A stretch of 64,000 bases of DNA from contig CBFHOE010000009.1 of the NCBI GenBank assembly GCA_965657355.1, positions 96,001 to 160,000 of the forward strand. Direction: 5' to 3'. The translations under genes and the position numbers were made by a program. The notes beneath the pieces are model-generated. The model was not told where the DNA came from, searched no databases, and saw only the letters and a list, made by a program, of their open reading frames with translations. Of this stretch, positions 53,497 to 62,089 are shown one piece after another; the stretch's first letter is position 1, and the number at the start of each line of letters is the position of its first letter. This DNA is from Limisphaerales bacterium. GTDB taxonomy: Bacteria; Verrucomicrobiota; Verrucomicrobiia; Limisphaerales; JAJOIW01.

Positions 53497-53742
53497 ATGG
53501 CACTCATCATACTAAATATCCTTGGTTTTTATCTTTTAGCCGGATTTATTTTTTCCATTCTTTTTGTTCTGTTTGGCATTGGAATGATCGATACCTCTGT
53601 AAAAGGATCCACCATTGGGTTTCGGATTGTTGTCATTCCGGGCGCGACGATTTTCTGGCCATACCTCTTGTTGAGATGGATCAAAAAATCCAAACCTCCA
53701 ATTGAGAAATCACTTCATCGAGGTATACCCTCCCGACAATAA
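53497..53742 (+). CDS. Small two-TM membrane protein, first gene of the redox operon
   Basis: 81 aa with two hydrophobic segments; FRIVVIPGATIFWPYLL.RW. Confidence 0.75.
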   Translation: MALIILNILGFYLLAGFIFSILFVLFGIGMIDTSVKGSTIGFRIVVIPGATIFWPYLLLRWIKKSKPPIEKSLHRGIPSRQ

Positions 53743-53758
53743 TCTAAATTTTCCGAGC

Positions 53759-53866
53759 ATGCAAAGTCGCCATAGAAAAGCCCATAGAATCATTTGGTAT
53801 ATCTTACCCGTAGCAAGCCTACTGATACTCATTATAGCCGTCATCAAACAAGTGATTTGGAATTAA
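53759..53866 (+). CDS. 35-aa single-TM protein (not in ORF track)
   Basis: MQSRHRKAHRIIWYILPVASLLILIIAVIKQVIWN*: basic N-terminus plus one TM; fills the gap 16 nt after the previous gene and 24 nt before the next. Confidence 0.65.
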   Translation: MQSRHRKAHRIIWYILPVASLLILIIAVIKQVIWN

Positions 53867-53890
53867 CAGGAAAGTCATTTATTAACCCAC

Positions 53891-54949
53891 ATGTCTGTTT
53901 CATATAAAGCTGTCGGATGGAATTCCTTCAAGAAGAAGTATGACCTGCTAACGCTGGGAATACTGATAGTTATACTGGCCATTTTTGTTGCTGTTTCCTT
54001 AGTAAGGTTTCCATCGATGACCATTGAGATTGCCTTAATACGAGGGTTGGGCCTGACCTCCATTGTTTTTCTTCATTTTATATTGGCGATAGGCCCACTG
54101 GCTCGCATTGATAATCGCTGGCTACCTGTTTTGTATAATCGAAGACATTTAGGTGTCACACTTTTCGTTTTCGGTTTATTGCACGGAGTTCTATCCATCA
54201 TGACTTATCATGCGGGGAGTGATGTTAACCCCATCCATTCCATTTTCATTACAGACAGTGGCAATACAGTTGGAACATTCCCATTCCAGGCATTCGGATT
54301 TCTTGCACTCCTCATACTTTTTATCATGGCTGCGACAAGCCATGACTTTTGGCTCACTAATTTAACGGCACCTATTTGGAAATATTTACATATGGGTGTT
54401 TATATGGCCTATCTCTTTCTGGTGTTACACGTTTGCTTCGGAATCCTTCAATCTGAGACGCACCCCATTTATGGGATCTTGTTTGGTATCGGCATTGTAG
54501 GATTATCAAGTCTTCATATCATCGCGGCTTTTCAATCCACAAAACTGGATAAAGAATCCAATGGGCGTTCACCTGATGAAGAGGATTACCAGAAAATATG
54601 TTCTATTTCGGAACTCGAAGAAAACATACCGTATCCAACGACTATCTCAGGTGAACGGGTGGCTGTCATTTTATATGACGTCAATAAAGTGTCTGTGGTT
54701 TCTGGCGTCTGCCAACACCAGAATGGCCCACTTTCTGAAGGCCGATTCATCCATGGATGCCTCACTTGCCCATGGCATGGATACCAATACCTGCCACATA
54801 ATGGGTGCTCCCCAGAACCATTCACTGAAAAAATCCCCACATTCAGTGCTCTCATGAAAGACAATGACATTTACGTCAAAAGGGAACCTAATCCAGCAGG
54901 AACTGAGATCCATCCACTGGTCATTCCGGAAAATAAAACTCAGAAATAA
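53891..54949 (+). CDS. MsrQ/YedZ-like ferric-reductase transmembrane domain fused to a Rieske [2Fe-2S] domain
   Basis: Six TM segments with RRHLG, LLH, ATS, WKYLH..VY...VLH; Rieske motifs CQHQNGPL and CPWHGYQY. Confidence 0.88.
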   Translation: MSVSYKAVGWNSFKKKYDLLTLGILIVILAIFVAVSLVRFPSMTIEIALIRGLGLTSIVFLHFILAIGPLARIDNRWLPVLYNRRHLGVTLFVFGLLHGVLSIMTYHAGSDVNPIHSIFITDSGNTVGTFPFQAFGFLALLILFIMAATSHDFWLTNLTAPIWKYLHMGVYMAYLFLVLHVCFGILQSETHPIYGILFGIGIVGLSSLHIIAAFQSTKLDKESNGRSPDEEDYQKICSISELEENIPYPTTISGERVAVILYDVNKVSVVSGVCQHQNGPLSEGRFIHGCLTCPWHGYQYLPHNGCSPEPFTEKIPTFSALMKDNDIYVKREPNPAGTEIHPLVIPENKTQK

Positions 54950-54952
54950 ATC

Positions 54953-55714
54953 ATGAGCCGAAAAGAATTTTTTATAGGTTGGGACGCTGATAGAGCAAAG
55001 AGCACAGTAGGAACAATACGCAATTACACATTAATGATCGCCATCGTTCTTGTCGCTGTATCAGCTGGAATGGCTGCGCTTCAGTCGACTATTGGCACAG
55101 CTTTTTTCGACTTTGGGAACAAAAAGGAATTCAAGGGGTTATTTCTCAGTGATCCTTATCCAATGCTGATTTCAGAAACTCCTATAAAAGGGCACTCAAC
55201 CATACTTCTTGTGAATGAATGGAAGTTTGGGCTGGACCAGGAAATGGCGAAATCATTCCATCTCAAAGCAGTAACAATAAAAGGAACACTTATTCATGAT
55301 GACCATCAAGCCATGGTTGAAGTAGCCAAAGAAGGCATCAAAATCGACAATGGCGGCTCCCAATCAAATAACTTTCATAACCAAGCAGAAACGATTGGGG
55401 TAAAAGCTATTTCGGGTGAAATTGTCGATTCAAAATGTTGGCTTGGGGTAATGAATCCTGGCTCCAGAAAAACACACAGGGCATGTGCAATATTATGCAT
55501 AAAAGGTGGTATTCCTCCGATAATGGCAACTAAGCCCAGCGATGATAACACCAGCGGTTATTACCTCCTTGTCGACTCCAATGGCAAACCGATTAATAAC
55601 CAGGTCCTTGACTATGTCGGTTTGCCCACCCAAGTAGAGGGCCAGGTAGATAAAATTGCTAATTTATTCGTCATGAAGATAGACCCAAAATCTATTCAGC
55701 TAAAAGAAAGATAA
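54953..55714 (+). CDS. Membrane-anchored protein with C-x12-H-x2-C-x3-C motif
   Basis: One N-terminal TM; GEIVDSKCWLGVMNPGSRKTHRACAILCIKGGIPP; starts 3 nt after the Rieske fusion gene. Confidence 0.78.
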   Translation: MSRKEFFIGWDADRAKSTVGTIRNYTLMIAIVLVAVSAGMAALQSTIGTAFFDFGNKKEFKGLFLSDPYPMLISETPIKGHSTILLVNEWKFGLDQEMAKSFHLKAVTIKGTLIHDDHQAMVEVAKEGIKIDNGGSQSNNFHNQAETIGVKAISGEIVDSKCWLGVMNPGSRKTHRACAILCIKGGIPPIMATKPSDDNTSGYYLLVDSNGKPINNQVLDYVGLPTQVEGQVDKIANLFVMKIDPKSIQLKER

Positions 55715-55818
55715 TGGGGTTTTTACAACGGCAATGGTTCACACCATTTTATGAGAAAATGAAGAGAGCAGACAAGAATGTCGGCCACTTGAATGCTCAT
55801 TGAGGAGTTGAAAAAACA

Positions 55819-57231
55819 TTACTTAATGGCTTTATTTTTATTCCCCTGATACTCGGGACGCTTAAAGAAATCTTCAAAATAAGGTTTATACTCTTCCATG
55901 TGAAACCAAAAGGCCCGTCTTGGTTTCTGGACGATTTTCCCTTCTGGGTAATCCTTACCATTCGCACTCGAGTCTACAGACTGAAGCATTTTGATGGCTT
56001 CTGATTTCATTCTCTGAAATCGAGTAGCCTCCATCTCTGCGATATTCTTTTTTTCTGCATTATCGGATTCAAGATTGTAAAGCTCCCATGAGTTATCCCT
56101 TCCAATGGCTGTGCTGACTATTTTGTATTGGCCATCTATCAGAGCTGCTTTTCTCTGAAAGTAGAACGGAATAGCTTTTCGTTTCTTTGGGTCATTCCCA
56201 TTTAATACCTCCTTTAGGCTTTGGCCATCCACAACGGATAACATGGAATCATCTGATAAGCCCAAAAGGTCCACAAGGGTCGGCATGATATCCATTGTAG
56301 ACGCAGGAAAAGAGGTTACTCGAGATTTGATATGGCCCGGCCATTCAATGATTCCCGGCACACGGATTCCTCCCTCATAAACGTCACCTTTATTTCCTCT
56401 TAGTCCACCACAAGAACCTGGGTCCACAGTAAGCCCCCCATTATCACTGCAATACCAAACGAGTGTTTCTTTTTCGATTCCTATTTCCCGGATACCATCA
56501 CGGAGACGGCCAATACTGCGATCGATACCTACAATCTCACCGAGATGATTTCCAAGTTTATCATCCGAAAGACCTTTAAGATCCTGATCTACCGCTCGCA
56601 TTGGGCTATGAGGTGAACCATACCAAATGACTGCAAAAAATGGCTTTCCCTTCCCGTTTTTATCCCTGATAAATTTTATAGCCTCATCGACTATGACAAC
56701 TGATGAGTCCCCTTGAAATTCTTCAAACTGACCTTTTCGGCTCATTATTGGATTTGTGTCGAAGAAGTTAGTCACAGAGATCCACTCTTCAAATCCATAG
56801 CGCCCAGGGTGGTTGGCATCGTCTTTTAAAATTGGAACTCCCGGTCCTCGGATGCCATTAAGATGCCATTTACCAAAATGCCCTGTTGCGTAGCCAGCAT
56901 TCTTCAATGCCTGAGGGAGTGTTTTTTCTTGGAGGCACAAATTATGCCCATGAGAGGGCACACCAGTTCTATTGTGTGTTCGCCCGGTCAGAACAGATGC
57001 CCTGGTCGGTGAACAAACCGGTCCGGCGGCATAAAACCTGTCAAAGCGAATTCCAGCTCTGGCCATGGCATCCAGATTAGGAGTTTTTAGCTGCGGATGA
57101 TTTTTATATCCAACTTGCCCCCACCCTTGGTCGTCTGCCATGACCAGAATCACATTGGGTCTCTTCTGTGCCCCAGACAGTGTTTGTGAACAAAGACAAA
57201 CAGCCAGTGTAATTAAAAACCTCCGGTTCAT
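55819..57231 (-). CDS. Sulfatase
   Basis: PNVILVMADDQGW, CSPTR, GKWHL, SDNGG, YEGGIRVP. Likely ATG 57231 (track start 57315). Confidence 0.95.
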   Translation of the reverse strand: MNRRFLITLAVCLCSQTLSGAQKRPNVILVMADDQGWGQVGYKNHPQLKTPNLDAMARAGIRFDRFYAAGPVCSPTRASVLTGRTHNRTGVPSHGHNLCLQEKTLPQALKNAGYATGHFGKWHLNGIRGPGVPILKDDANHPGRYGFEEWISVTNFFDTNPIMSRKGQFEEFQGDSSVVIVDEAIKFIRDKNGKGKPFFAVIWYGSPHSPMRAVDQDLKGLSDDKLGNHLGEIVGIDRSIGRLRDGIREIGIEKETLVWYCSDNGGLTVDPGSCGGLRGNKGDVYEGGIRVPGIIEWPGHIKSRVTSFPASTMDIMPTLVDLLGLSDDSMLSVVDGQSLKEVLNGNDPKKRKAIPFYFQRKAALIDGQYKIVSTAIGRDNSWELYNLESDNAEKKNIAEMEATRFQRMKSEAIKMLQSVDSSANGKDYPEGKIVQKPRRAFWFHMEEYKPYFEDFFKRPEYQGNKNKAIK

Positions 57232-57363
57232 TTCGATAGAATATACCATCAGGTGCTGAAAAACACCCTTTATCGATTTCATTCGGGATGTGGTAGTTCC
57301 CCCCTGTCTGTTCATTCTTGAGAAATCTGGGGACTGCTGTTCATCATAGGACTCTCAAGATTA

Positions 57364-57660
57364 TCACCCATTGAAATTGACCCGTTTAATATTTGGGTGG
57401 GAAATGTTTCTATTACGAAGCCACCCAATTATTAATAAAACCAATCCTACTATCAATAGAGGAAAACTCACACTGGCAGGCCATAAATTCTGGCTTATCC
57501 TCTCAGCAAAAGATGTAGCCGCTTCTTGTTGAGCCATGTCGTAGGTATTAAGGATGCCCGCGACAGTGATACCTGTGCCGATAAGCCCGATTACGATCAA
57601 TGAATAACCGAATCGCTTGATATTTGACATGACCATTTGAACAAATTTATAGGGCTTCAT
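57364..57660 (-). CDS. Small membrane protein resembling the MotA/TolQ/ExbB two-helix channel segment
   Basis: GLIGTGITVAGILNTY...FAERISQNL followed by a second TM. Confidence 0.5.
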   Translation of the reverse strand: MKPYKFVQMVMSNIKRFGYSLIVIGLIGTGITVAGILNTYDMAQQEAATSFAERISQNLWPASVSFPLLIVGLVLLIIGWLRNRNISHPNIKRVNFNG

Positions 57661-57794
57661 TGGGCAGCGCTATTACAAATAGAAATTAATTTTCTATGAA
57701 TCTCACATTCTTATCCAAAAGTATTGGGAACCGTTGTTCTCTGGAATTATCCCGTTGACCAATCTATCACTGTCCAATAAATAACGAGTATCAG

Positions 57795-58199
57795 ATGAAA
57801 AAGTTTAGATTTCTAGGTGTCCTGACATTGATGACCTCTCTCTGCTTTAGTGCATGTCGCGAACCTCAAATTAAGAAGCCAGATGATGACTCTGGGGCAC
57901 TTGAAAAAGCGGTAGAAGTAGTGGCAGTGGCAAGCAAAGACATTGAGACAGAACACACCATGACTGCCGCAGCATGGGGGGGAATACCGGTTATCGTTGT
58001 TAAGACCGAGACTATGGACGTAGAGCAAAAACCTATCGTAGATAAAATTATGCAACATGAAGCCGTGCAAGCATTTGATGGTGAGCTTCTCATTGGGTTT
58101 GAAACTCAAACAGAACCAGCCAATCCGGATGCAAATTTCTTGGGTTCAACTACGATGCATGGGACATATGACGCCAAAACAGGGGAGAAAAAGAACTAA
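57795..58199 (+). CDS. Hypothetical lipoprotein
   Basis: MKKFRFLGVLTLMTSLCFSA-C lipobox. Confidence 0.72.
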   Translation: MKKFRFLGVLTLMTSLCFSACREPQIKKPDDDSGALEKAVEVVAVASKDIETEHTMTAAAWGGIPVIVVKTETMDVEQKPIVDKIMQHEAVQAFDGELLIGFETQTEPANPDANFLGSTTMHGTYDAKTGEKKN

Positions 58200-58350
58200 C
58201 CCATTCTAATACCCAGGAAACAAAATCTTTTGATTCATTTCCTGAAAATGTGAACATACCTGTCTGCGTTTATTATTTTTAATTTAATACCCGACGGGAC
58301 AACCTGCCCCATATTATAATCTTACAGGCTGATGGGATTAAATGAGCCAA

Positions 58351-60129
58351 TTAATCTTCAATCCGAGTAAGTAGCAAAAGGCGAAAGTCCATGACCTGGT
58401 TTCCTGGAATGTTAGATGCTTGTAACTTCAATACTCCTTTTCCCTTTTTTAATTTTACATTTCCAAGGGTCATCCGCTTGAAATCTTTCACATAAGATTC
58501 AACTCTTACAAATCGATCCTCTTTCATTCCGCTTAGTGGTGGATCATGAGCTTCGATAATATTTCCCTTTAATTTAGAGTTATTGAAGCTCAGTTCGATA
58601 GTTGAGCCTACGTCGTCCTTTGGGCAGGTGTAAAAGATCTCTACTTTGTAGGTTCCGGTTTTACCCACTTCACAATCCCAGGTGATGGAATCTTCAAGAC
58701 TGGTCCAATTATAAAAAAACGAATCATTGGGAAAGCGATTTGATCTTTTTATATTTCCGTGAGGGACCCCATCTCGAGCAGGAATCTGTGTCCTGACAGC
58801 GTCAGGGTGACCAATAATAAATGGGCGGTTATCGAATTCCTTACCGTAGTCGACTAACATCTCTGAACGAAACTTTTTTGCGAGATCGGACAGCCGTTTT
58901 GTGATACCAGGTTTCGCACTGTTGATGGGGTTTTTCTGTCCTGGATCAGCCGGAATATTATAAAGATTACCCTTGGAATCCAACCTGTATTGCTGAGTAC
59001 GGACCGAAATATTATTCCTCCATTGGTGAAACAATGTGCGAGGGCTCCAGCCTACCCTATTCCCTAAAAGTAAAGGCGCAAGACTGATACCATCTAATGG
59101 CTTTGTTCCAGATACCTCGATGCCGGAAAGGTCAGCCAATGTGGGCAGCAAATCTATAGCAGCACTAATCTGAGGGATCTGTGTTCCGGGTTTAATTTTT
59201 GCAGGCCAACGCACGAAAAGTGGTGATCTAACACCTCCTTCATCGGTTGATCCCTTTCGACCGCGCATACCTCCATTGTAACGATTACCATTTGGACCAT
59301 TATCACAAAAATAAATAACGATTGTGTTTTCAGAGAGCTTTAATTCATCAAGCTTCGAAAGGAGTCGTCCAACATTCCAATCTATATTTTCACACATAGC
59401 TAATGCTGCTCGTGCATGCTGTTTGTATTTGGGCTGCAGTTTCGGGTGGTCATCAGGAAACTCCATATTCTTAAATTTATTCCACCAACGATCTGGCACT
59501 TGCATTGGTGAATGGGGAGTATTGTAGGGCAGATAGACGAAAAATGGATTTTCTTTATTCCCCTCAATATACCTCATGGCTCTTTCGGTAAGGTCATCTA
59601 TAATAAACCCATTACCTTTTACCAATTGATTATTATGCTCCAACATGGGATTAAAATAATTCCCCCAATGACCAGAGCAAAAACCATAGAATTCATCAAA
59701 GCCTCGAGCGTTCGGATGGTATGGAAATTGCATTCCACTATGCCATTTCCCAAAAGCAGCGGTCTTATATCCCGAGTTCTTGAAAACCTCACCGATCATT
59801 GTTTCATCAGGGTTGACGCGTTCCCCGCCTGCGGAAGTACTATAAACACCAGAGCGGGCGGCATATCGACCTGTTAAAAATTCGGCTCGTGTCGGACTGC
59901 ACACGGGACATACAAAAAAACGATCAAATCGGGCACCATTTTTGGCCATCTTGTCTATATTTGGCGTATTGATGGCGACGTTTCCATTTATACTTAGATC
60001 CCCCCACCCCTGATCATCAGTTAATATGACAAGAATATTTGGTCGAGGATTTACGGATGTGCCAGCGTGAACTTGATTAAAAAGGGGCAGCATCCATATC
60101 GACGCTAAAATGAGAATATAGTTTTTCAT
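58351..60129 (-). CDS. Arylsulfatase with C-terminal beta-sandwich extension
   Basis: PNILVILTDDQGWGD, CSPTR, GKWH, DNGPN, EGGVRSP; signal peptide. Confidence 0.95.
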   Translation of the reverse strand: MKNYILILASIWMLPLFNQVHAGTSVNPRPNILVILTDDQGWGDLSINGNVAINTPNIDKMAKNGARFDRFFVCPVCSPTRAEFLTGRYAARSGVYSTSAGGERVNPDETMIGEVFKNSGYKTAAFGKWHSGMQFPYHPNARGFDEFYGFCSGHWGNYFNPMLEHNNQLVKGNGFIIDDLTERAMRYIEGNKENPFFVYLPYNTPHSPMQVPDRWWNKFKNMEFPDDHPKLQPKYKQHARAALAMCENIDWNVGRLLSKLDELKLSENTIVIYFCDNGPNGNRYNGGMRGRKGSTDEGGVRSPLFVRWPAKIKPGTQIPQISAAIDLLPTLADLSGIEVSGTKPLDGISLAPLLLGNRVGWSPRTLFHQWRNNISVRTQQYRLDSKGNLYNIPADPGQKNPINSAKPGITKRLSDLAKKFRSEMLVDYGKEFDNRPFIIGHPDAVRTQIPARDGVPHGNIKRSNRFPNDSFFYNWTSLEDSITWDCEVGKTGTYKVEIFYTCPKDDVGSTIELSFNNSKLKGNIIEAHDPPLSGMKEDRFVRVESYVKDFKRMTLGNVKLKKGKGVLKLQASNIPGNQVMDFRLLLLTRIED

Positions 60130-60440
60130 GACTCAATTTCCTAAATCAATAAAGGGTTAAAAAGTAAGTAGTACAGGAAATGCTTTGGGCGCGCTTTAAT
60201 GGTATATGCGCTTCGATGCTTTGTTTATTTTATTCGTAAGATTAAGCTCATGCAAATTGATCCTATTTTTGATTTTGAGTCTAGGACATAAACGAATTAT
60301 GAATCAAAAGATACCATTCCTTTTTCAGTTACAGACTTACCCGGTATATAATGATGACACCGATTCATCTCACATATTTTCTAAAGCCAAAAGATTTCGC
60401 AAGTATCCCCTTTGATATTCGTTTTGCAATCGTCATTACC

Positions 60441-61919
60441 TTAAAATGATAGCTCCACCGATTCTACCATCGGTTTAGATTTATTATTGGTAGTATCAGT
60501 GACGATGAGTTCGATTTGGAAACCAAAACCCTTCGGTAGATCATTAAGGTCTAATTGAGCTGGCTTACGTTTGATTTGTTTGGAGAAACCTTCAATGTAA
60601 TCGTAAGTTTCCTTAACCGCTCTCCATTTGCTCCACTGGTTAATTTCCCCATCATCATCGGTATCAACTCCAACTCGAGCTTCAACTTTCTCAACCCAGG
60701 GCCCTGGGCTTACGAAATCCACCCTCTGTTGTGTTGCTAGATAGAATTGGCCTTCTGCAAAGCATATATCAGGATCAGGATGTCCATTGCCAATTTTATC
60801 ACACCATGTGAATTCTTGATCTATTGACGATGAAGTAAACCAGCCGACAGACATTTTGTGTCCACCAGCGGGATCGTAATCACCGAATAGATAATATTGC
60901 CCACCAATAGCGATAAGAGCCCAATCGCCGTATGCCTCCTGCTCGGGCTCATGAATCTCATATTTTGCGATATTTGATGGGAAACGCTTCGGGTTTTCTT
61001 TAGCCCAATGAGGATGTTTATATGTTGCGATCTTACCTGTTGGGTTCGTTCTATTATCTACAGCAGGCTTAACAAATTTGAAGTGATTGAGTCCATTTTT
61101 ACTCACGGCGTGACCAGCGAGGGGTGAATCCCAAGATCTCTTATTTGCTGAGATGGGGCTCCAGTCTTCAATGACGACGTGCATATTTCCATCAAGGTCT
61201 CGGATGAAACCCGCATCGGATCCATGTGAGGGATCATCAACCGCGATGCCCATATTTTTTCCTGGCTCGCCATCAGTGAGATCATCGTCGACGTATACAT
61301 GCGGATCCTGGTCATTGGGAAAATCATAATAAATGTATGCTTTTCCATCGACCCATTCGGCGCTCGTCACCCATTTTGAGAATCCCTCTGTGACAGGCCC
61401 ATGATGAACCCAATTTTTCATGTCTCTGCTTTGCCATGCGTGATAACCACCCTTTCCAGGTTTTAAACCGCCAGGAGCATTATATTGATTCTTCCAAGGA
61501 GTTGTTTGAAGTGGAATGCCAAAACCTTCAAGCTGAGCTGGTTCCGGCCTGAAAGATTTTTTGGGAGGATTTCCGTATCGCCCAAACATCCAATAATTAC
61601 CAGGGCCAACAGTCAGCAAAACTGGAGCATCACGCAAATTTTCAGGCCCAAGGTTTTCTATGGGATTCCAATTCTGCCATACTGGCGATTGTTTAATTGT
61701 AAGCTTGGAAGCGGAGCGCTTTCCATCAAATCGATAAATCTTAGTTTTTAATGTACCCGATTTATCGAGAGGCGAAGCCATTCCGTCTTTAATGGACAAA
61801 CCACTGGATGAAAGGACAGATTTCCCCCATTCTTCTTTTGAATCTATAGTGATTTGATCGCCAGCGATCAATGATTGCGCTAATACAGTGAATACAAATA
61901 TAGGAACTGTTTTATTCAT
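60441..61919 (-). CDS. Secreted protein, probable five-bladed beta-propeller glycoside hydrolase-like
   Basis: Signal peptide; DAPV, AWQSRDMKNWVHHGPV, GSDAGFIRD.DG, HAVS.NG, HPDPD resemble GH43/GH32/GH117-type blades. Family not assignable by eye. Confidence 0.55.
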   Translation of the reverse strand: MNKTVPIFVFTVLAQSLIAGDQITIDSKEEWGKSVLSSSGLSIKDGMASPLDKSGTLKTKIYRFDGKRSASKLTIKQSPVWQNWNPIENLGPENLRDAPVLLTVGPGNYWMFGRYGNPPKKSFRPEPAQLEGFGIPLQTTPWKNQYNAPGGLKPGKGGYHAWQSRDMKNWVHHGPVTEGFSKWVTSAEWVDGKAYIYYDFPNDQDPHVYVDDDLTDGEPGKNMGIAVDDPSHGSDAGFIRDLDGNMHVVIEDWSPISANKRSWDSPLAGHAVSKNGLNHFKFVKPAVDNRTNPTGKIATYKHPHWAKENPKRFPSNIAKYEIHEPEQEAYGDWALIAIGGQYYLFGDYDPAGGHKMSVGWFTSSSIDQEFTWCDKIGNGHPDPDICFAEGQFYLATQQRVDFVSPGPWVEKVEARVGVDTDDDGEINQWSKWRAVKETYDYIEGFSKQIKRKPAQLDLNDLPKGFGFQIELIVTDTTNNKSKPMVESVELSF

Positions 61920-62089
61920 CGGCTGAATTGGATTTGCCAATGAGTTTCTTATAATATTCAGGATTTAGCGAGTCTGATATTCCACGTAAAATGACTGAAA
62001 TGGTTTTTTATGGAAATTTCATAAAAAGAGCCGAGATGAAAACAAAATAAGAAACGTGTTCGGGAGCCCGGATCATTTAAAATATTGGA

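Noticed and set aside
53891..54949. Calling the gene msrQ
   Set aside because: No msrP is adjacent and it carries a Rieske fusion, so orthology is unsupported.
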